The position numbers were made by a program, and so were the translations under genes. A stretch of DNA of 62,499 nucleotides, filler included, from Actinomycetota bacterium (GTDB taxonomy: Bacteria; Actinomycetota; CADDZG01; JAHWKV01; JAOPZY01), in the NCBI GenBank assembly GCA_025963875.1. It is 5 parts of 5 records of this genome, joined end to end, with 100 filler letters (N's around TTAATTAATTAA, not from the genome) between each part and the next. Parts side by side here need not be neighbours in the genome. Positions count along the whole stretch, not along the records: positions 1 to 16,435 come from JAOPZY010000250.1; positions 16,536 to 32,780 come from JAOPZY010000220.1; 3 more parts are not named here. One strand, given 5' to 3'. Of this stretch, positions 9,004-18,841 are shown piece after piece. The notes under the pieces are model-generated. The model searched no databases, was not told the origin of the DNA, and saw nothing but the letters and a program-made list of their open reading frames with translations. The first letter of the stretch is position 1, and every line of letters starts with the position of its first letter.

Positions 9004-11451
9004 GTGAAGGATTCCGCGCTGCCCGACGTAACCCCCCCGACAGGCCCGGCGACGGGGCTTGCCGACCGTCCAGCCCTTCCTGCCCGGCCTCCTGTCTCCA
9101 CGACGTTCCGCCGCATCAAGCGGGTGGTCGTCGGCAGTCCCCTCTCTACCGAACGCCTCATCCACGAACGCCTGGGCAAGCCGACTGCCCTCGCGGTGTT
9201 CGCCAGCGACAACCTGTCGTCGTCGGCCTACGCCACGGAAGAGATCATCCGGGTGCTGGTCGAGTACGCCGCCATCGGCGTCTTCGTCATGGTCGTGCCC
9301 ATCACGCTGGCGCTCCTGGCCGTGCTCGGCATCCTGCTGTTCTCGTACCGCCAGACCATCAAGGCCTATCCCCAGGCCGGCGGCGCCTACCTCGTCACCC
9401 GGGACAATTTCGGCCTGCTGCCGGCCCAGATCGCTGGCGTCGCCCTGCTGACCGACTACATCCTGACCGTTGCGGTCTCGGTCTCGGCCGGCACCGCCGC
9501 GCTGACATCCGCCTTTGCCGGATTGTTCCCGTACCGGGTGCCGATCTCGCTCGCCTTCATCCTCATTCTCACGTGGGGCAACCTCCGCGGCGTCAAGGAG
9601 GCCGGCCGGATGTTCGCCCTGCCGACCTTCTTCTTCATCGGGATGATGGGCGTGCTGTTCACGGCCGGCATCTACCGTTTGTTCGCCGGCGGGATCCACC
9701 CCATTCCCACCTTCCCCCACCAGGAGCTGCGGTACGTCGGCCTCTTCGTCATCCTCAAGGCCTTCGCCTCCGGCGGGGCCGCGGTGACGGGGGTCGAGGC
9801 GATCTCCAACGGGGTCCCGGCCTTCAGGCCACCCGAGTGGAAGAATGCCCGGTCCACCCTGATGGTGATGGGCTTCCTCCTCGGCGTCATGTTCCTCGGC
9901 CTGTCGTTCCTGGCCGCCCGGCTACGGGTGATCCCCGACCCGACCGGTGCCAAGACGGTCATCTCGCAGGTCGCCCAGGGCATCTTCGGGCACACGGGCT
10001 TCGGCACCCTCCTGTACTTCCTGCTGCAGGCGGCGACCATGTTGATCCTGGTGCTGGCGGCGAACACCAGCTTTGCCGACTTCCCCCGGCTCGCGAGCTT
10101 CCACGCAGGGGACCATTTCCTGCCCCGGCAGCTCACCCGCTACGGCGATCGCCTGGTGTTCTCCAACGGCATCATTGCGCTGGCCGCGGTCGCGGCGGTG
10201 CTGGTGATCGTCTTCAAGGCGAGCGTGAGTGCGCTGATCCCCCTCTACGCGATCGGGGTCTTCACGTCCTTCACGTTCTCGCAGGCGGGCATGGCGGTGC
10301 ACCACATCCGCCTGAAGGAACCCGGGTGGCGGACCGGCATGTTCATCAACGGCCTCGGGGCCCTGGTGAGCGGGGTGATGACCGTCATCATCGCCGCGGT
10401 GAAATTCACCCAGGGTGCCTGGGTGATCCTCATCGCAATCCCCCTCATACTGTCGGGGCTCCTGCGGGTGCACCACCACTACCAGGAATCAGGCCGCATC
10501 CTGCGCGATCCCCGCCGCCGGCCGCCCCTGGACTTCCCCCGCCAGCGCGTGATCATCCCCGTCTTCGGCGGCAGCGCCGCCGGCGTCTGCCTCCGCTCGG
10601 CACTTGCCTACGCCCACCGGGTCTTCCCCACCGAGATCCGGTTGGTCCGCCTGGCCGTCCCCGGCGCCGACTACGGCGACTTCCTGCTCGAGGAGCCCTG
10701 TGGCGACGAGGTGCGGGAAGTGGCGCTGTCGGAAGGGAACCCGAAGCAGGCCCTTCTCTCCTACGTGCGGAAGGTGCGGCGCGAGGTGGGCCCGGGAGAG
10801 GTCCTGAACGTGATCATCCCGGAGACCGTCGCCAACTTCGGGCTCCGCTACATCGTGCGGGAGCGCCGTCTCCAGCGACTCAAGGCAGCACTGCTGGCCG
10901 AGCCCGACGTCGTGGTGACCAACCTCGTCCACCACAAGGGCTACGAGGACCTGGAGCCAGGTGAGCGGGCGCAGCGGGGCACGGGTGCCGACTACCTGCC
11001 CTGGCGCCACGTGGCGGTGGTGCTGGTGGCCGGCGCGCACAACGCGAGCGTCAACGGCCTGCGGTATGCCCGCTCCCTCGGCGCGGACGAGATCCACGCC
11101 CTCCACGTCGAGACCGACCCGAAGGAGACCCCGCAGCTGGTGGCGGACTGGGACGAGGCGGTCGGCGGGCGCGTCCCCCTCGAGGTGCTGCCTTCGCCCT
11201 ACCGCGCCATTGCCAGCCCCGCCTTCGAATGGGTCCGGGCGAAGCTGGACGCCGATCCCCGGACCTACGTCACCATCGTCATCCCCGAGTTCGTGGTCCG
11301 GAAGTTCTGGCACAACCTGCTGCACAACCACACCCCGCTCGTCCTGAAGCGGACGTTCCTGTTCGAGCCCTCGGTCGTCGTCGCGGCGGTGCCGTACCGC
11401 CTCGACCTGATCCCCGACGACGCCCCCGCGGAGGCCACCGCCGAGCACTGA
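9004..11451 (+). CDS. KimA/YdaO-like APC-superfamily K+ permease with tandem cytoplasmic domains (copy 1)
   Basis: SDNLSSSAYATEE, YP.GGAY, DYILTVAVS, TGVEAISNG, AANTSFADFPRL, LIPLYAIGVF, IPEFV...WHNLLHN. Confidence 0.9.
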   Translation: MKDSALPDVTPPTGPATGLADRPALPARPPVSTTFRRIKRVVVGSPLSTERLIHERLGKPTALAVFASDNLSSSAYATEEIIRVLVEYAAIGVFVMVVPITLALLAVLGILLFSYRQTIKAYPQAGGAYLVTRDNFGLLPAQIAGVALLTDYILTVAVSVSAGTAALTSAFAGLFPYRVPISLAFILILTWGNLRGVKEAGRMFALPTFFFIGMMGVLFTAGIYRLFAGGIHPIPTFPHQELRYVGLFVILKAFASGGAAVTGVEAISNGVPAFRPPEWKNARSTLMVMGFLLGVMFLGLSFLAARLRVIPDPTGAKTVISQVAQGIFGHTGFGTLLYFLLQAATMLILVLAANTSFADFPRLASFHAGDHFLPRQLTRYGDRLVFSNGIIALAAVAAVLVIVFKASVSALIPLYAIGVFTSFTFSQAGMAVHHIRLKEPGWRTGMFINGLGALVSGVMTVIIAAVKFTQGAWVILIAIPLILSGLLRVHHHYQESGRILRDPRRRPPLDFPRQRVIIPVFGGSAAGVCLRSALAYAHRVFPTEIRLVRLAVPGADYGDFLLEEPCGDEVREVALSEGNPKQALLSYVRKVRREVGPGEVLNVIIPETVANFGLRYIVRERRLQRLKAALLAEPDVVVTNLVHHKGYEDLEPGERAQRGTGADYLPWRHVAVVLVAGAHNASVNGLRYARSLGADEIHALHVETDPKETPQLVADWDEAVGGRVPLEVLPSPYRAIASPAFEWVRAKLDADPRTYVTIVIPEFVVRKFWHNLLHNHTPLVLKRTFLFEPSVVVAAVPYRLDLIPDDAPAEATAEH

Positions 11452-11599
11452 GTTCAGGCCTCAGCCAATCTTTACAACTTCTTTAGCAGCTACCTATACT
11501 GGGCTCGCGAACTATGAGCCCACTTTGTCCTTTTCATTGCAGCTTCCAGGCCTTCCGGGAGCCTGAGGTATTTGGCCCGGTAAATAGCCGGGCAGTGCA

Positions 11600-14077
11600 G
11601 TGAGGACGCCCCCGGACGAGGAGTTGGACCTTCGCGCTCGCGAGCTGGAGCGGGCTGCTCGGGACATCGAGCCCCCGGCCTCCACCCGCAGCTCCCTCCG
11701 CCCGAGGAGGCCCCAGCGTTTCCAGCGGCTGAAGCGCCTCGTCGTCGGAACGCCGCTGTCCACCGAGCGCCTCGTCCACGAACGCCTCGGCAAGCCGACC
11801 GCCCTGGCGGTGTTCGCCAGCGACAACCTCTCGTCGTCGGCCTATGCCACCGAGGAGATCCTCAACGTCCTCGTGAAGGCGACCGCCATCGGCATCTTCG
11901 CCCTGGTCGTGCCGATCACCCTCGCGCTGCTCGGCGTCCTGGCGATCCTGCTCTTCTCGTACCGGCAGACCATCAAGTCCTATCCGCAGGGGGGCGGCGC
12001 CTACATCGTCACCCGGGACAACTTCGGCCTGCTCCCGGCCCAGGTGGCGGGTGTGTCCCTCCTGACCGACTACATCCTCACCGTGGCGGTGTCCGTGTCG
12101 GCGGGCACGGCGGCCCTGGTCTCCGCCTTCCCCAGCCTGTTCCCGTTCCGGGTGGTCATCTCCCTGTCGTTCATCATCATCCTCACGTGGGGCAACCTCC
12201 GAGGACTGAAGGAGGCGGGGCGGATGTTCGCGGTCCCGACCTACTTCTTCATCGCCATGATGGGCGTTCTGTTCGTCGCCGGCGCGTACCGGTTCGCCAC
12301 CGGCGGGCTGCACCCGGTCGCCGCCAACCTCACGTTCGTCCACGAAGAGCTGAGAAACGTCGGCCTGTTCGTCATCCTGCACGCCTTCGCCTCCGGAGGC
12401 GCGGCCGTGACCGGTGTCGAAGCCATCTCCAACGGGGTCCCTGCGTTCAAGGCCCCGGAGTGGAAGAACGCCCGGACCACCCTCATGTGGATGGGCAGCC
12501 TCCTGGGCATCATGTTCCTCGGGCTGTCGGTGCTGACCGCCCGCCTCCACGTCGCCCCCGACCCCAAGGGCGCCAAAACCGTGCTTGCCCAGGTGGGCCA
12601 GGCCGTCTTCGGCCACGGGGCGCTCGGCACCCTGCTCTATTTCATGCTGCAGGCATCGACCATGCTGATCCTGGTGCTGGCGGCCAACACCAGCTACGCC
12701 GACTTCCCGCGGCTCGCCAGCTTCTTGGCCGCCGACCGGTTCCTGCCCCGCCAGCTCACCCGGTACGGCGACCGTCTGGTCTTCTCCAACGGGATCGTCG
12801 TCCTGGCAGCCTTCGCCGCGGTGCTGGTCATCGTCTTCAAGGCGAGCGTCACGCGGCTGATCCCGCTCTACGCCATCGGCGTGTTCACCTCGTTCACGTT
12901 CTCCCAGGCCGGCATGGTCGTGCACCACCGGCGAGAACGGGAGCCCGGCTGGCGCCGGGGCATCGTGATCAATGCCTTCGGCGCGGTGATCACCGCGCTC
13001 ATGACGTTGATCATCGCCTACACGAAGTTCACCGACGGGGCCTGGGTGATCCTCGTCATCATTCCGGTCGCCCTCGCCGGGCTGCTGTCGATCCACCACC
13101 ACTACAAGGAGGCGGGCGAGCTGCTCCGGCAGGACTCACGCCGCTGTGCGATGGACTTCCCCCGGCAGCGGGTGATCATCCCCGACACCGGCGACGACGC
13201 GAACATGCGCTCCGCCCTGGCCTATGCCCAGCGGGTCTTCCCGACGGAGATCCGGATCGTCCACCTCGCCTCGCCGGGCGACGACTACCTGGACTTCCTC
13301 CAGAGCCCGCCCGTCGGCGACGAGGTCAGGGAGGTTGTCCTCGCCGAGGGAGAGGGGGCTAATGCCCTCAAGTCGTATGTGAGGAAGGTGCGCAAGGAGG
13401 TCGGGACGGGCGAGGTCCTGAACGTCATCATCCCCGAGACGATCACCGAGCTCGGCGTCCGCCACATCATCCGCCAGCGGCGCATCCAGCGGCTGAAGCA
13501 GGCACTCCTGGCCGAGTCGGGCGTCGTGGTCACCAACCTCGCCCACCACGCCGGCTACGAGGACCTCGAGCCGGGCGTGCGCGCCGCCCGCTCCGCCTCC
13601 CAGCCCGGCGGGAGGCCCTGGCGCCACGTCGTGGTGGTCCTCGTCTCGGCGGTCCACAACGCCAGCCTCGGCGGACTCCGCTACGCCCGCTCGCTGGGAG
13701 GCGACGAACTCCACGCCCTGCACGTCGAGACCGACCCCGTCGAGTCGCAGAAGATCGTGGCGGAGTGGAACCAGCTGGTCCCGAGGACCCCCCTGGAAGT
13801 GCTGGCATCCCCGTACCGCCAGATCACCCGGCCCGCCGTCGAGTGGGTGCGGGGCGTCCTCGACGCCGATCCCCACACCTACGTGACAATCGTGATCCCC
13901 GAGTTCGTCGTGCGGAAGTGGTGGCACAACCTGCTCCACAACCACACCTCACTCGTGCTGAAGGAGGCCTTCCTCTTCGAGCCGTCCGTGGTGGTCTCGG
14001 CGGTGCCCTACCGCCTCGACCTGATGCCGAAGCACCGCCCGCCGGCCCCCGAGCTGGTGGGGTCCGCCCGAACTTAG
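11600..14077 (+). CDS. KimA/YdaO-like APC-superfamily K+ permease (tandem paralog, copy 2)
   Basis: Same motifs, colinear with copy 1; many identical peptide blocks with diverged codons. Confidence 0.9.
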   Translation: MRTPPDEELDLRARELERAARDIEPPASTRSSLRPRRPQRFQRLKRLVVGTPLSTERLVHERLGKPTALAVFASDNLSSSAYATEEILNVLVKATAIGIFALVVPITLALLGVLAILLFSYRQTIKSYPQGGGAYIVTRDNFGLLPAQVAGVSLLTDYILTVAVSVSAGTAALVSAFPSLFPFRVVISLSFIIILTWGNLRGLKEAGRMFAVPTYFFIAMMGVLFVAGAYRFATGGLHPVAANLTFVHEELRNVGLFVILHAFASGGAAVTGVEAISNGVPAFKAPEWKNARTTLMWMGSLLGIMFLGLSVLTARLHVAPDPKGAKTVLAQVGQAVFGHGALGTLLYFMLQASTMLILVLAANTSYADFPRLASFLAADRFLPRQLTRYGDRLVFSNGIVVLAAFAAVLVIVFKASVTRLIPLYAIGVFTSFTFSQAGMVVHHRREREPGWRRGIVINAFGAVITALMTLIIAYTKFTDGAWVILVIIPVALAGLLSIHHHYKEAGELLRQDSRRCAMDFPRQRVIIPDTGDDANMRSALAYAQRVFPTEIRIVHLASPGDDYLDFLQSPPVGDEVREVVLAEGEGANALKSYVRKVRKEVGTGEVLNVIIPETITELGVRHIIRQRRIQRLKQALLAESGVVVTNLAHHAGYEDLEPGVRAARSASQPGGRPWRHVVVVLVSAVHNASLGGLRYARSLGGDELHALHVETDPVESQKIVAEWNQLVPRTPLEVLASPYRQITRPAVEWVRGVLDADPHTYVTIVIPEFVVRKWWHNLLHNHTSLVLKEAFLFEPSVVVSAVPYRLDLMPKHRPPAPELVGSART

Positions 14078-14119
14078 TCGCCCAGCGCGCGCCGGTGCGC
14101 GACAGGCGACCAAGTTCGG
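14068..14119. repeat. Two-stem hairpin, family A copy overlapping the permease stop codon
   Basis: CCGAACTTAGTCGCC...GCGCG-CCGG-TGCGC...GGCGACCAAGTTCGG. Confidence 0.85.
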
Positions 14120-14137
14120 CATCCTGCGCGCTTGTGA

Positions 14138-15061
14138 TCAACGCCGGCGGGATTCTACGGCGGCGATGATCCGGGCCATGCTGGCGACGAGTCGCACCGG
14201 GTCCCGCACCTGGATCTCGGTGACCGGAACAATCACCCACCCTTCGCCGAAGAGGTCGATGTTGCGCTCGCAGTCGGCGGCCCAGTCGGGAAGTGTCGAG
14301 TGGTGCAGGTAGCTGAGGGCCTCGAAGCCGACTGAGATCGGCGGCGGGTAGCCGACGTCCGGGTACTTCCACCGACCATCCGAGAGCTGGACCGGGTACT
14401 CGAAGTACGGTCGCGGCAGGAGTCCCGCCCGATACCCGTCGAGAGCTATCTTCTCGAGCCTGCGCTGCAGGCCGCTGTCCACGTGGCGACTCCTGCCCTG
14501 GCGCTCCTGCAGGAGACCCATCAGCTCCCCGGCTCCCCCTCGACCCCGGAGACCCATCGCCGTGAGGCGATCGACGAGGAGTTGGAGCGGCACTTTCCTT
14601 GTGGCGACCACATGGTCGACCAGCGCGGGCCGGAGGGAGGGAACCTCGAGGGAGACATCGATCACGGTGCGCGGCAGCGACGTCACCGGGATCCCGCTGC
14701 GGTGCGTGCGGTCCACTGGCTGGAGGAAGGAGGTCCTGTGTACCTCGAAGCCCTTCAGGGCCAAATGCCGGCGCTGGGGGATGGTCAGCTCGAGTACCGG
14801 CTCGATGTCCGGGAGCCGCCACAACACTCCGGCCGCCCGGTGCGAGACGACGGCGTCACCGTGGAGGCAGCCCGCCATGAGGGACTGCTCAAATGTCTCG
14901 GGGGCTCCGAGGCGCCGGTAGACGCCGGTGTGCACGCGCCGCCAGTCGTCGCCCCGGGTGATGTGGCCCCACTGACCGGGCGACACACCTGCTCGCAGCG
15001 CTTGCCCACGAGAGATCAGTCCATGTTGTGCAGCGACAAGATCATATAGTGCATCGTTCAT
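14138..15061 (-). CDS. AbiEi-like N-terminal domain / DUF559 (Vsr-like) protein
   Basis: AAQHGLISRGQAL, WRRVHTGVY, SHRAAGVLW, IPVTSLPRTVID, DSGL...LLPRP...DVGYP...E...H...D.ER...GW; CATACT 7 nt before the ATG suggests a leaderless mRNA. Confidence 0.85.
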   Translation of the reverse strand: MNDALYDLVAAQHGLISRGQALRAGVSPGQWGHITRGDDWRRVHTGVYRRLGAPETFEQSLMAGCLHGDAVVSHRAAGVLWRLPDIEPVLELTIPQRRHLALKGFEVHRTSFLQPVDRTHRSGIPVTSLPRTVIDVSLEVPSLRPALVDHVVATRKVPLQLLVDRLTAMGLRGRGGAGELMGLLQERQGRSRHVDSGLQRRLEKIALDGYRAGLLPRPYFEYPVQLSDGRWKYPDVGYPPPISVGFEALSYLHHSTLPDWAADCERNIDLFGEGWVIVPVTEIQVRDPVRLVASMARIIAAVESRRR

Positions 15062-15122
15062 GTGCACTAGTATGAGGAGGGGTACCGACAAAAAGAGGCC
15101 TGTTTTCGATGTTCGGAGCAGA

Positions 15123-15155
15123 TATCGCACCTACGCGCGATAGACGACTAAGTTC
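15123..15155. repeat. Partial family A hairpin upstream of the AbiEi-like gene
   Basis: TATCGCA-CCTA-CGCGCGATAGA-CGACTAAGTTC. Confidence 0.75.
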
Positions 15156-15178
15156 CCGGCCCGTCGGCCCCCGTGGGC

Positions 15179-16435
15179 CTACGATTCGTCCAGGTACCGG
15201 TTCAGCTCCCAGCCGGTGATCTGCGTCTCGTAGGCCACGACCTCCGCCCTCCGGCCGTCCACCAGCAGGCTGAGGAGCTGGTCCTGGAACGTGTCCACGA
15301 GGATGTCGTCGGCCAGCAGGGCGTCGAGCGCCTCGTCGAGGCCCCGGGGCAGGGACTCGAACCGGACCGAGTCGCTCCCGGCCGGGTCGAAGCCTGCCAG
15401 GTCCTCCTCCATCGGCGGCGGCAGCTCGAGCTGCTTCTCCAGGCCGTGGGCGGCCGAGGCCATGAGGCCTGCAATCAAGAGGTAGGGGTTCGCCAGCGGG
15501 TCGGAGGCCCGGAACTCGACCGATGCCTCCGGACCTTTGTACGAGCTCAACCGGATCAGCGCCCCCCGGTTCACGTGCGCCCAGACCACGGCCCCCGGGG
15601 CCTCGCCGCCGGACGCAAGGCGCTTGTAGGAGTTGACGGTCGGCGCCGCCAGGGCCGAGAGCCCACGGGCGTGGTAGAGCTGGCCCGCCACGAAGGCCCG
15701 GCCCTCCTCGTCGAGGATGCCGTCGCCCTTGAAGAGCTTGCCCGCGACCCGCTGCTGCAGGTGCATCCCCGAGCCGGCCTCCCCGGCAAGGGGCTGGGGC
15801 ATGAACGTCGCCCGAAGCCCGGCGGCGGAGGCGACACCCCGGATGACGCGCTTCGCCAGGACCAGCCCATCTGCCAGCGCAACCGGGGCGGCGGGAGCCA
15901 GGTCGAGCTCGTACTGGCCCGGTCCCGACTCGAGGTGGCAACCGTCGACGTCGACCCCGAAGGCGGAGAGTTGGTCCGCGGCCTCCCGCACCAGCGAGAT
16001 GCCGACGCTGTCGGCGTCGTTGAAGTAGCCGGCCTCGTCGATGGGACGGGTCCCGTCGAGGAGGTAGAACTCCATCTCGGCGCCGGCGGTGTAGCCCGCC
16101 GCCAGCTCGCCCAGGTCGTCGACGACCCGCTGCAGGGCGGTCCTCGGGTCACCGAGCCACGGCCGGCCGTCGGCCGTCATCACGTTGCAGACCGCCCTGC
16201 CCACGCGCTCGTCGATCCGGCGGAGCGTGCCGGGGTCGGCCTTCAGCCGCATGTCCTTCTCCACCAGGCGGGAACGACCCTCCAGGGCCGAGCCGTCGAA
16301 CGGCACGCCGCCGTCGACCGCCTCGAGGAACAGGCGGGCCGGCACCTGGAACGAGTGTCCGGCGCCGAACACATCGACGAAGGTCAGCCGTACCCACGAC
16401 AGGGAGTCGAGGATCTTGCCCCAGTGTGCGCCGCC
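15179..16435 (-). CDS. Glutamine synthetase family protein (frame open to contig end)
   Basis: FDGS, EMEFYL, HLE..PGQYE, ATFMP.P...AGSGMH, NSYKRL, NR.ALIR, EFR..DP.ANPYL. Confidence 0.9.
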   Translation of the reverse strand, partial: GGAHWGKILDSLSWVRLTFVDVFGAGHSFQVPARLFLEAVDGGVPFDGSALEGRSRLVEKDMRLKADPGTLRRIDERVGRAVCNVMTADGRPWLGDPRTALQRVVDDLGELAAGYTAGAEMEFYLLDGTRPIDEAGYFNDADSVGISLVREAADQLSAFGVDVDGCHLESGPGQYELDLAPAAPVALADGLVLAKRVIRGVASAAGLRATFMPQPLAGEAGSGMHLQQRVAGKLFKGDGILDEEGRAFVAGQLYHARGLSALAAPTVNSYKRLASGGEAPGAVVWAHVNRGALIRLSSYKGPEASVEFRASDPLANPYLLIAGLMASAAHGLEKQLELPPPMEEDLAGFDPAGSDSVRFESLPRGLDEALDALLADDILVDTFQDQLLSLLVDGRRAEVVAYETQITGWELNRYLDES

Positions 16436-16535
16436 NNNNNNNNNNNNNNNNNNNNNNNNNNNNNNNNNNNNNNNNNNNNTTAATTAATTAANNNNNNNNN
16501 NNNNNNNNNNNNNNNNNNNNNNNNNNNNNNNNNNN
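16436..16535. other. Artificial contig linker
   Basis: N runs around TTAATTAATTAA, which places stops in all frames. Confidence 0.98.
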
Positions 16536-18727
16536 AGCTTGATCCGGACCTCGTGGGCGGCGATGAGGTTCCGGCCGTTGCCGACCACCGCCCAGGACCG
16601 GCGGCGGGACGCATGGCGGGCGGCCAGCTCGGCGATGTGCGCCTCCTGGGCGACGACCCGTCCCATCGCCTCCGGGAGGGCGACCAGACCCGACAGGAGC
16701 TCGTGGGCCTTGGCCGGGTTCCCACAGCCGGCGGCGTCGGCCAGGGCGAGTGCGAGCAGCTGCCCAGCGGCCACCTGCGCGTAGAACGCCTTGGTGGAGG
16801 CAACGCTCATCTCCACGTCCCGGCCGTCCGAGGTGTAGAAGACGCCGTCCGCCTTGTGGCTGAGGTCGCTCCCCCGGCGGTTGACGATGGCGATGACCGC
16901 AGCTCCCCGGGAGCGGATGAGATCCACGGTGCGGTTGGTGTCGGTGGTGGTCCCGGACTGGCTGACGGCGATCGCGAGGATGTCGGCCATGTTGCCGGCG
17001 AGCTCGAACCCGGACAGCTCGGTTGCCGGGAGGGCGCGCACGGGCAGGCCGATGGGGGCCAGCGCCTCGCCGACCGCGGCGGCGACGCCCAACCCGGCGA
17101 TCGCGGCCGTGCCCTGCCCGATGACCAGCACGTGGCGGATGCTGCCGTTCGCGAGGCGCTCGGCCACCTGCGGCGGCAGCGTCTCGGGCGGGAGCTTCAC
17201 CGAGTACCGCCCGTCTACCTGCTTCACGCGGCCCCGGAGGGTCTTGCGCAGCGACACCGGCGACTCCTCGATCTCCTTGCGGAGGAAGTGCGGGTAGCCC
17301 CGCAGGTCGATGTCGCGGGTGGTGATCTCGGCGGTGCGGAATTCCCCGGGGGACACCGGCAACGGGCTGCCGTCGTACGAGAGGCGGGTGATCCCGGCCT
17401 CGTCGCCGGCCAGGGTGGCGTCGAGGATGACGATCTGGCCAGGGGGCACCGGATTGCCGTCGCCGTCGACCGTGGACTCGCCGTCCATCCGCAGCGACCG
17501 TGGGCACTCCTCGACGACGCCGTAGGGTTCGCTCGCCACGACGAACTGGCCCGGCGCGACACCGACGTAGAGCGCCTGGCCGCTGCCGCGCATCGCCAGC
17601 ATCAGCCTGCCGGGACTCTGCGCAGCCACGGCACCGATGGCCACGGACCCGTCGAACTCGCCCACGGTCTCGCGGAACGCCTCCTCCAGTGGCGAGCCGG
17701 TGTCGAGGCGGCGCGAGACGAGGGCAGGGATGACCTTGGCGTCGGTGGTGATCTCGTCGGCAATCTTGAGGCCGTAGCGCTCGACAAGTTCCTTGTAGTT
17801 GTCGACGTCGCCGTTCAGGGCGCCGACGACGTAAGGAGCGTGACCGACCTCTCGACCCAGCTCCTCGTGGTTGAGCGGGTGGGCATTCGCCTCGTTGATG
17901 AGCCCCACGCTGGCCCAGCGGGTGTGGCCGAGCACCAGGACGGTGACGGCGTCGGCCTGCAGGGCCATCCTCAGCAGCTCGTCGGTGGCGATAGCGGAGC
18001 GCAGGGCCCTCCCGTTGTCGCCCAGCCTGCCGATCTCGCTCGCCGCCTTGTAGACGAAGGCGAGGAGCCCGGCAGGGTGGCGCACCGAGCGGGAGGTGAA
18101 GAGCCGGTCGGCGCCCCGGGAGGTAAGCATCTTTGCAATGGCAGGATCGCTGAGGTCGAGGCCGTGCCCGTCGACCAGCACGTGCAGCCCCGACGAGTCC
18201 CTGCCCCGCAACTCCAGGCGGTCGAGGGCCGAGAGGGCGGTCTCGATGGCGGCATACGCCTCGACGGCGGCCGGACCCGCGGACAGCCCGGCCAGGGCTG
18301 CCACCTCCGCTGCGGTCTGGAGGCGGTCGTGGCGGATCGCCCAGCACAGGTCCTTCAGGCGGACGAGCCCGGCATTGATCGACTCCATCTCCGCGCCCGG
18401 CGTCACGTCGGGAAGGGTCGCGGCGGCCCGGTCGAAGGCGGCCTCGATCACCGCCACCTCGTCCTCCAGGCCGGCGATGACCTTGTCCAGCGCAGGCACC
18501 GTGTCGGAAGCATCGATGAGGAAGCGCAGTCCCGGGCCGCCCCGGAGGTCGCCGTCGATCTCGGCCAGCAGCCGTCCGGCCCGGTCCAGCGCCCGCGCAA
18601 GCGCCGTGAGGTCGGCCGGCGCCGACGCGGTGATCTCCCGGGCTTCCTCAGCCGCTGCGAGCACGGCGGAGCCCACGGGTGCCGGGCGGTCGATCCCCCG
18701 CCGCATCACAGCGACGATTCCGCACAT
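16536..18727 (-). CDS. glmS: Long-form glutamine-fructose-6-phosphate aminotransferase (3' truncated)
   Basis: N-terminal MCGI nucleophile, LELRGRDSSG, GHTRWAS, NAHP, NGDVDNY, SQSGTT.DT, VASTKAF; lies directly downstream of glmM. Confidence 0.85.
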
Positions 18728-18841
18728 GGCCGGATTCTCCTTGCCTTTTGTTGCGTCTCGGCGTCGCGCAGGCGGAGGTCCTGCGCCGCATCCCCCTGCA
18801 GCATCTTACTTATGGCTTATCGGTGGGGATCGACCCGGACT

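Noticed and set aside
9004..14077. Permease duplication as an assembly artefact
   Set aside because: The copies differ at many amino acids, synonymous sites and indels, consistent with old paralogs.
16436..16535. Recurrent TTAATTAATTAA motif, and apparent glmS-glnA adjacency
   Set aside because: Artificial contig linkers; neighbourhood across them cannot be inferred.
18728..18841. glmS ribozyme
   Set aside because: The interval is short and lacks the conserved AGCGCC...GACGAGG core; it more likely holds an internal promoter (TAAGAT).
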